A DNA stretch of 9,424 nucleotides. Origin: Verrucomicrobia bacterium UBA3869 (GTDB lineage: Bacteria > Verrucomicrobiota > Verrucomicrobiia > Opitutales > UBA9783). The translations under genes were made by a program, and so were the position numbers. The stretch's first letter is position 1. Each line of letters opens with the position of its first letter. Shown here piece after piece: positions 1 to 5,289 of the stretch. The notes beneath the pieces are model-generated. The model had not been told where the DNA came from. It searched no databases and saw nothing but the letters and a program-made list of their open reading frames with translations. The DNA is taken from NCBI GenBank assembly GCA_002392285.1, contig DGGR01000029.1, positions 1 to 9,424 of the forward strand, written 5' to 3'.

Positions 1-1892
1 CTCACATAGAGCAAATGGAAAGGGTAGTAATTGCTTGCTACAAATGGTTATATGGAATAATTAGCCAAAAACGCAATTTTGTTGTGTTTTCTAGGGTTAT
101 TGGGTGCTGCAAATCAATAGGATTTAAGCTTAACGCAGGTTTTCATCGAATCATCGCGAAGGTTCGAAAAACCAAACCTGTACCAACGCGTCAAGGTTCA
201 GAGTTATTTCCTTATAAAGAATCTGCAGAACCTTTTGTACAATCGCGCGAAAGCATTTTTTTATCCACGGGTTCCGATGAAGAGCCTTTGGAAGTAAAAT
301 CGGCAGTAAAAAATACAGTTATACCGGAACCAGTGGTTGAAAAGCCTATAGAAAGCGTTGCGAGTCAAATTCATCCCGTAAAAGAAGCGCCTGTAAAAAC
401 GACGCAAATGGAAATGAACATGGAAGGTATTTCCATTCTTCCGAGTGAATCAGTGGAACTAGCAAGCAATGAGCTTCCTTCCAGGGCGGGGGATTATAAA
501 TTGCCGAGTTTAGATTTGCTAAAAGACCCACCGCCGGTGTTGCAGGATGGAAACGCGGAAGATTACTACGAAACTGCCAACAATTTGGTACAAAAACTGG
601 CTGAATTTGGCGTATCGGTTAAAGTAGAAAATATCCAAGCAGGTCCGGTGATTACGCGATATGAGGTAACACCGGCACGCGGGGTACGTGTTGAAAAGAT
701 TGCGACCTTGGACAAAAACATCGCCTTGGCTTTAAAAGCATTATCAGTGCGTATTCAAGCTCCTGTACCCGGGAAGGGGTGCGTAGGTATTGAAGTTCCT
801 AACCGTAAACCGTTACCGGTGTGTTTGCGCGAAATTTTAGCATCGCGTGCATGGGAGCAATCAGACGCAGAAATTCCGATTGTGTTAGGGAAGGAGGTAA
901 CTGGAAAGCCTATTGTAGCGGATTTGACCAAAATGCCGCACTTGTTGATTGCAGGCGCAACGGGTTCCGGGAAAACCGTATGTATCAACGCTATTATTGC
1001 GTCATTATTGTTCCGGGAAACGCCTAAAAACTTACGGTTTATTATGGTCGATCCAAAAATTGTTGAGATGAAAATTTACAACGATTTGCCGCATATGCTG
1101 ATTCCGGTTGTTACGGATCCCAAACGTGTACCTGGCGCTTTAAAATGGTTGATTTCTGAGATGGAACGCCGCTATAAGCTATTTGCAAATTACGGCGCGC
1201 GCAACATCACAACCTTCAATGAAAAATTGCGTGCTTTATCCGAAAGTGAATTGGCGGAAAAGAACTTAGAGCATTTGCCCTATATTGTGTGTATTATCGA
1301 TGAGTTAGCCGATTTAATGATGGTTGCGCCTGGCGATATTGAAACCTGCATCGCTCGTTTGGCTCAATTAGCACGTGCTGCCGGTATTCACTTGGTCATC
1401 GCAACCCAACGTCCTTCTGTTAATGTCATTACCGGTATTATTAAAGCAAATCTCCCCAGCCGTATTGCGTTTAAGGTGGCTTCCAAGGTGGATAGTCGAA
1501 CCATTTTGGATTTGGGAGGAGCCGATAATTTAATCGGAAGAGGGGATATGCTTTTTGTTCCTCCTGGAGCTTCTCAGTTGATTAGAGCTCAAGGAGCGTG
1601 GGTATCGGATGATGAAATTAACAACCTGGTTGAATTTTTGAGCTGCAATGGAAAGCCTAAGTTTTCCGAGGATATACAGCAGATTATTGAGGATGAATCC
1701 AATGAAGGAAGCTCTGAAGATGTTATAGGGGATGATGATAGTTTGTTACCCCAAGCTTTGGAAATCTTAAAGTCTTCCGATCGTATTTCAACCTCTTTGT
1801 TGCAACGACGCTTGAAAATTGGTTATAATCGCGCCGCCCGTATCATGGATGTGTTAACCGAACGCGGATTGGTTCCTCGGAATGTTGAATAA
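1..1892 (+). CDS. ftsK: DNA translocase FtsK/SpoIIIE, 5'-partial (frame stays open to the window edge)
   Basis: The ORF track starts at ATG 15, but the same frame has no stop back to base 3, so the N-terminal membrane domain probably lies upstream. A P/E/S-rich linker is followed by 'YKLPSLDLL'. Walker A is 'GATGSGKT' (954..977) and Walker B is 'VCIIDELADLMM'. 'ATQRPS' is present, as is the C-terminal winged-helix gamma domain 'LLQRRLKIGYNRAARIMDVL'. Confidence 0.93.
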   Translation, partial: HIEQMERVVIACYKWLYGIISQKRNFVVFSRVIGCCKSIGFKLNAGFHRIIAKVRKTKPVPTRQGSELFPYKESAEPFVQSRESIFLSTGSDEEPLEVKSAVKNTVIPEPVVEKPIESVASQIHPVKEAPVKTTQMEMNMEGISILPSESVELASNELPSRAGDYKLPSLDLLKDPPPVLQDGNAEDYYETANNLVQKLAEFGVSVKVENIQAGPVITRYEVTPARGVRVEKIATLDKNIALALKALSVRIQAPVPGKGCVGIEVPNRKPLPVCLREILASRAWEQSDAEIPIVLGKEVTGKPIVADLTKMPHLLIAGATGSGKTVCINAIIASLLFRETPKNLRFIMVDPKIVEMKIYNDLPHMLIPVVTDPKRVPGALKWLISEMERRYKLFANYGARNITTFNEKLRALSESELAEKNLEHLPYIVCIIDELADLMMVAPGDIETCIARLAQLARAAGIHLVIATQRPSVNVITGIIKANLPSRIAFKVASKVDSRTILDLGGADNLIGRGDMLFVPPGASQLIRAQGAWVSDDEINNLVEFLSCNGKPKFSEDIQQIIEDESNEGSSEDVIGDDDSLLPQALEILKSSDRISTSLLQRRLKIGYNRAARIMDVLTERGLVPRNVE

Positions 1893-1896
1893 CGCC

Positions 1897-2724
1897 TTAC
1901 GCTTGTTTCGTAAATACGCTACGTTCGCAGGGTATCGGGTGCTTTTTTAACCGATACGCAGCAACCAGCCCAATCAACAAGCATACAATTGAATACATTT
2001 GCCCACGCGTAAAGCAACCGATTAGGTGTGCATCAGGCTCGCGGAAGTATTCCAGTATATAACGTATCAGGCTGTAACCAATGACAAAATGGCTGGCAAG
2101 TAGTCCAGGATACCGATGCATACGCTCATCATGCGTTCGTTTTAAACTCCAGATAAACAGAACAAGTCCTTCTCCTAATGCTTCATAAAGTTGCGATGGG
2201 TGGCGCGCGAAACAATCCACTGGGAAAATTATCCCCCAAGGCATTTGAGTCATTCGGCCATAAACCTCGCCATTGATGAAATTAGCGCAACGACCCAAGA
2301 AAATTCCAAGGGTTCCGGGGACAATACATAAATCCGAAAGGGAAAGTACAGAAAGCTTTTGTTGTGCACCCCAAATGCACCAGCTGATAAACAACCCTAA
2401 ACATGCGCCATGGAATGCCATTCCACCATCCCAAATGCGTACTATAGCTAATGGGTTATGGATGTAATAATCCAAGTGATACAAGCATACGTAACCCAAA
2501 CGTCCTCCGATTAAAATGCCGCAAAAACTAGCAAATAAGTAGTTTTGTATTTGTTCGCGCGTTAAACGAATTTTGCCGCTATGAGCCCATCGGCAAAAAA
2601 TCCAATAGCCTATTAAAAACCCTAGTAGGTAGGCGCATCCGTACCATTTAATACCTTGAATACCCCAATGACTTGGAAATTTGATGATGAATGGATCCAG
2701 CGAATGTATCCAATAGCTAAGCAT
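1897..2724 (-). CDS. lgt: Prolipoprotein diacylglyceryl transferase
   Basis: 275-aa polytopic hydrophobic protein with Lgt hallmarks: 'IKWYGCAYLLGFLIGY', 'GGRLGY', 'GGMAFHGA', 'RHPSQLYEA'. Its ATG is only 5 nt downstream of the upstream gene's TAA, implying an operon. Its stop is 4 nt from the convergent ftsK stop. Confidence 0.9.
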   Translation of the reverse strand: MLSYWIHSLDPFIIKFPSHWGIQGIKWYGCAYLLGFLIGYWIFCRWAHSGKIRLTREQIQNYLFASFCGILIGGRLGYVCLYHLDYYIHNPLAIVRIWDGGMAFHGACLGLFISWCIWGAQQKLSVLSLSDLCIVPGTLGIFLGRCANFINGEVYGRMTQMPWGIIFPVDCFARHPSQLYEALGEGLVLFIWSLKRTHDERMHRYPGLLASHFVIGYSLIRYILEYFREPDAHLIGCFTRGQMYSIVCLLIGLVAAYRLKKHPIPCERSVFTKQA

Positions 2725-2729
2725 AAACG

Positions 2730-3104
2730 TTAATCGTTAAGCTGGGCTTCTTTTGCTTTTTCCAAATACCCATCATCCTGACGCTTAAAATTAACCGCAT
2801 TTTTTTGCATGTACGTATTGAAAATATCTTCAGGGGACATGCCTAAAACTTGTGCAATGCTAAGAACAAAATGCAAAATATCGATAAGCTCTACTTTTGC
2901 GTGCTCTAAATCCAATTTTTGATAATGTGCCCACCATTTCCAAGGAACACAATCTATCAATTCACTGACCTCTTGATTTAAAGCCGTTGCGTATTTTAAC
3001 AGCCATTCTCCTGCATGTTCGTGCAGAATCTTCTCAAATTCAGGCCCCAAAATACGGGCATTGAATTGATGCTGCTTATTCCACATCTCTTCAAGTTTAT
3101 CCAT
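2730..3104 (-). CDS. All-alpha NTP pyrophosphohydrolase, dimeric dUTPase-like / MazG superfamily
   Basis: It carries the acidic ExxE...ExxD signature ('NQEVSELID' ... 'AKVELIDILHF'). The 'PWKWW' and C-terminal 'KNAVNFKRQDDGY' motifs match my recollection of the dimeric dUTPase (dUTPase_2) family. I moved the start to ATG 3104 ('MDKLEEMWNKQ') because the longer ORF (to 3152) runs into the tRNA at 3118..3192. No SD precedes ATG 3104. ATG 3086 is an alternative start. Confidence 0.6.
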   Translation of the reverse strand: MDKLEEMWNKQHQFNARILGPEFEKILHEHAGEWLLKYATALNQEVSELIDCVPWKWWAHYQKLDLEHAKVELIDILHFVLSIAQVLGMSPEDIFNTYMQKNAVNFKRQDDGYLEKAKEAQLND

Positions 3105-3117
3105 CGTATTTACGATT

Positions 3118-3192
3118 TGGTACCCCGTGAGGGGATCGAACCCACGACCCATTGCTTAAAAGGCAAGTGCTCTACCGCTGAGCTAACGAGGC
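3118..3192 (-). tRNA. tRNA-Lys (anticodon UUU), 75 nt, CCA encoded
   Basis: Hand-folded cloverleaf on the minus strand: acceptor GCCTCGT/ACGGGGT (two G-U pairs), D arm GCTC-AGCGGTA-GAGC, anticodon arm CTTGC-CTTTTAA-GCAAT, variable loop GGGTC, T arm GTGGG-TTCGATC-CCCTC, discriminator A, CCA. There are two non-Watson-Crick pairs (C27-U43, U50-U64). The layout is close to E. coli tRNA-Lys as I recall it. Confidence 0.85.
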
Positions 3193-3276
3193 AAATTTGT
3201 TTTATAAATTAATCATCGGATGCGCTTTGTCAACGTTTGTTATAAAAATAAATCCTTTCTATTATTTATTGATTGA

Positions 3277-4218
3277 TTAAGCAGTTAAACGAGCGCCTAC
3301 CCAAATTGCGATATCGGGGCGTACTAAGGTAAACGAGGTGAAAAATTTAGACTCAATGGAAAAGCCGTCGTAACCCAAAACAGAACCGTAATCCTGGCAG
3401 AGTTTCATGTTATACATTGCTCCTCCGAACGGAGTCCAAACACCTTGAACTACTGCAGTAGAAGGAACAATTACAATACGTACTACCTTGCGATCATCTT
3501 CCCATAAGGAATCATTATTGGAGAAGGCAGTATCGCTTAGATATACGATCTCGATCTTGTAGTTGTATTGCGCTTGTTGAGCCTGAATAGTTTGAGGAGT
3601 GCGAGCAATATCCGTAGTGCTATTGCTATAGTAGAACGCAGGATCTTTGTCGATGTAAGGTTTTAAGGAGAAAGGCAAGAACACGTACCACGTTGTATTG
3701 GGTTTGATGTGTCCAGCGGTGCTCATCACCTGATGAATAGCGCTCCTAATACGATTGTGGCTAATACCACGAAGGGTATTATCATCGGCCGAGTTTTTGC
3801 TTTCCTTGTTCCATGGTAGGTAGTTTTCAGCCTTAATGGTATCAGGATTAACTGCTTCTAAGAATGAAGTTTCCAACATCTTTTGTGCATCGGCTGCATG
3901 GCCTTGTGCTATTTGTTGGATACGTGCGATATTTGCCAATGTGGAGCTTTCTCCTTCATCTTTCCAAGAAAGACCTACATGATCCCGGTAGGTGTAGGAT
4001 TTCGTTTGAATCATGATAGGATCGATTTCTAGCGGAACAACTCCCTCATGGTACGGAGCCATATGAGGATAATTGGACGGCTTATATACCGTTGTGCTTT
4101 TGCCATCAATACCGATGGCACGGAACAACCCCCGAAATGGGTTGTAATATACGTCAATAGCCGCATTTACGCTGGTCATGACCTCTGGGACGACTTCTGA
4201 TAAAACTGAAGTGGCCAT
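3277..4218 (-). CDS. Hypothetical protein with HK97-fold major-capsid / encapsulin-like sequence architecture
   Basis: Clean 313-aa ORF, ATG preceded by 'aaaggtaaaaact'. No signal peptide or TM segment is evident. The order of elements is typical of HK97-fold shell proteins. An N-arm is followed by an E-loop-like strand pair ('KSTTVYKPSNYPHMAPYHEG...IMIQTKSYTYRDHVGLSWKDE'). A long spine-helix candidate follows ('SSTLANIARIQQIAQGHAADAQKMLETSFLEAV'). Then comes an A-domain-like helix plus 'NTTWYVFLPFSLKPYI'. The C-terminal 'FTLVRPDIAIWVGARLTA' resembles the ends of lambda gpE ('ADPDEFVSVQLA') and T7 gp10 ('LRPEAAGAVVFKVE') as I remember them. That it is coding is likely. The function call is inference only. 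Confidence 0.5.
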   Translation of the reverse strand: MATSVLSEVVPEVMTSVNAAIDVYYNPFRGLFRAIGIDGKSTTVYKPSNYPHMAPYHEGVVPLEIDPIMIQTKSYTYRDHVGLSWKDEGESSTLANIARIQQIAQGHAADAQKMLETSFLEAVNPDTIKAENYLPWNKESKNSADDNTLRGISHNRIRSAIHQVMSTAGHIKPNTTWYVFLPFSLKPYIDKDPAFYYSNSTTDIARTPQTIQAQQAQYNYKIEIVYLSDTAFSNNDSLWEDDRKVVRIVIVPSTAVVQGVWTPFGGAMYNMKLCQDYGSVLGYDGFSIESKFFTSFTLVRPDIAIWVGARLTA

Positions 4219-4284
4219 AGTTTTTACCTTTATTTTTTATGTTTTTATTGTGGTTACACCAGTTTGTCTTTGTTAAAACAAATT

Positions 4285-4308
4285 CCTCCTTTTGATTTGC
4301 ACCAAAAG
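4285..4308 (-). promoter_or_regulatory. Leader hairpin (CUUUUG-8 nt-CAAAAG) overlapping a perfect AAGGAGG that has no gene behind it
   Basis: Stem arms are 4303..4308 and 4289..4294 with an 8-nt loop. AAGGAGG on the minus strand occupies 4291->4285, 67 nt upstream of the real ATG (4218). It is followed only by 'aatTTGTTTTAA'. The structure is visible in the sequence. Its function is unknown. Confidence 0.3.
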
Positions 4309-4405
4309 TGATGATACCCACATGCTCTGTGAGGACATGTTTTATACAATCGACAAGCGGGGGTCATACGCGTGGCCTAGTCCACTATTACGATGATATA
4401 TTGTC

Positions 4406-4436
4406 ATAATAACTACAAAAACATTTTTCTTGTCAA
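4406..4436 (-). promoter_or_regulatory. Candidate sigma70-type promoter for the capsid-like ORF (TTGACA-19 nt-TATTAT)
   Basis: On the minus strand, TTGACA is at 4436->4431 and TATTAT at 4411->4406. The 19-nt spacer is longer than optimal. The -35 box sits inside a 15-bp palindrome. This is sequence-pattern evidence only. Confidence 0.25.
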
Positions 4437-4480
4437 GAAACAAAGAAGTTTTTGAGCACTATCTTCCCTATGCCCGTTCG

Positions 4481-4509
4481 TTGACAATGCACTAGGGATT
4501 TGGTTGAAC
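4481..4509 (+). promoter_or_regulatory. Candidate truA promoter (TTGACA-17 nt-TTGAAC)
   Basis: A perfect -35 TTGACA is at 4481..4486. After a 17-nt spacer comes a weak -10-like hexamer at 4504..4509, ending 6 nt before ATG 4516. If this promoter is used, the truA mRNA would be leaderless or nearly so. Confidence 0.2.
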
Positions 4510-4515
4510 TTTTGT

Positions 4516-5274
4516 ATGCGTTGGAAATGTACATGCGCTTACGATGGAACGGATTATTTCGGATGGCAAAGCCAACCCAATCACAATACCATTCAAGACG
4601 CTATAGAAGCCCAATTACTCAGGGTTTTTAAGCATCCTGTCCGTATTCACGGCGGGGGTCGAACGGATGCTGGAGTTCATGCACATGGTCAGGTTTTCCA
4701 TTTCGATGCAGATTGGAATTATGGAGCCGATAAATTAAGGCTAGCCATCAATGTATGCTTGGCGCCGACCATTCGTATCTTAAAAGTTGAGCCCGTAAAG
4801 GCTGATTTTCATGCGCGTTATTCTGCCCATTGGAAGTGTTATCATTACCATTTTCAATGTCAACCATTGGATCCATTCGCGGTGCGTTATCGTTGGCAAA
4901 TTCCACAGATTTCTATCGACCGTATGCAGGCAACCGCTCAATTGTTGGTAGGAACGCACGATTTTCGCCGTTTTGGAAACAAAATAATGCCCAAAGAAAA
5001 TACTACAAAAACCATCCATTCTGCTGACATTATTCCACAAGATGACCACTTTGTTTTTTCGGTTATCGGATCAGGTTACCTCTACCATATGGTGCGAATC
5101 ATGATGGGTGTATTGGTGGCAAGTAGCCGTCATAACCTATCGATGGTTGAGCAATTGTTGAAAGGGGAAACACCCCCAGTGCCGATTGTACCCGCTCCCC
5201 CTCAAGGATTATTCTTAGAGTGGATTGATTACAATACCCATTCAGAGGGAAATTACGCTAAGCTAACAATCTAG
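4516..5274 (+). CDS. truA: tRNA pseudouridine(38-40) synthase TruA
   Basis: Motifs seen: 'CAYDGTDYFGWQSQ', the catalytic-Asp motif 'GGGRTDAGVHAHGQV', and 'GSGYLYHMVRIMMG'. I prefer ATG 4516 ('MRWKCTCAYDG'), which matches typical TruA N-termini. The ORF-track start TTG 4504 remains possible: 'AGGGA' lies 5 nt upstream of it. Confidence 0.9.
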   Translation: MRWKCTCAYDGTDYFGWQSQPNHNTIQDAIEAQLLRVFKHPVRIHGGGRTDAGVHAHGQVFHFDADWNYGADKLRLAINVCLAPTIRILKVEPVKADFHARYSAHWKCYHYHFQCQPLDPFAVRYRWQIPQISIDRMQATAQLLVGTHDFRRFGNKIMPKENTTKTIHSADIIPQDDHFVFSVIGSGYLYHMVRIMMGVLVASSRHNLSMVEQLLKGETPPVPIVPAPPQGLFLEWIDYNTHSEGNYAKLTI

Positions 5275-5289
5275 TTTTTAATAAAAATC

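Noticed and set aside
346-1027. Three short ORFs inside ftsK (346..531 -, 755..988 -, 821..1027 +)
   Set aside because: They lie wholly within the strongly supported ftsK frame, either antisense or out of frame. They have no recognisable motifs or start contexts.
1932-1957. Inverted repeat GTATCGG-12 nt-CCGATAC as the ftsK terminator
   Set aside because: The T-run (gcTTTTTTaa) lies in the loop rather than after the stem, and the element is inside the lgt coding sequence. This is not the geometry of an intrinsic terminator.
2273-2467. 64-aa plus-strand ORF inside lgt
   Set aside because: It is antisense to a well-supported membrane-protein CDS, with nothing to support it.
3105-3152. N-terminal extension of the dUTPase-like ORF ('MGRGFDPLTGYQIVNT...') given by the ORF track
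   Set aside because: Part of it (3118..3152) is simply the reverse-strand reading of the tRNA-Lys T-arm and acceptor stem. The family-typical N-terminus starts at ATG 3104.
3015-3212. 65-aa plus-strand ORF ('...VPREGIEPTTHCLKGKCSTAELTRQ...')
   Set aside because: It is the antisense translation across the tRNA gene and the dUTPase-like CDS, a typical tRNA-derived artefact.
3201-3233. Possible dedicated tRNA-Lys promoter (minus strand TTGACA 3233->3228 and TATAAA 3206->3201, the latter 8 nt before the tRNA 5' end)
   Set aside because: The spacer between the two hexamers is 21 nt, outside the usual 16-18 nt range. It was therefore not reported as a feature, although the individual hexamers are good.
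3241-3270. Hairpin AAUAAAU-10 nt-AUUUAUU followed by UUUAUA just downstream of the capsid-like stop (possible intrinsic terminator)
   Set aside because: The stem is entirely A/U (7 bp), so it is probably too weak to terminate. It leaves open read-through into the tRNA.
2730-4218. Intact prophage or genomic island integrated at tRNA-Lys
   Set aside because: No integrase, no att-like duplicate of the tRNA 3' end (visual scan), and no other phage structural or lysis genes are present. The capsid-like gene lies on the 5' side of the tRNA, not the side where tRNA-targeting elements normally insert.
4239-4409. Two small plus-strand ORFs in the divergent intergenic region: 4239..4295 (18 aa, 'MFLLWLHQFVFVKTNSSF') and 4311..4409 (32 aa, 'MIPTCSVRTCFIQSTSGGHTRGLVHYYDDILS')
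   Set aside because: They have no ribosome-binding context, a size expected by chance in AT-rich DNA, and they overlap the likely leader and promoter of the opposite-strand gene. They would need ribosome profiling or conservation to be believed.
4780-5049. ORFs 4780..5049 (-) and 4830..5027 (+) inside truA
   Set aside because: They are embedded in the truA frame, which carries clear family motifs. They are likely chance ORFs.
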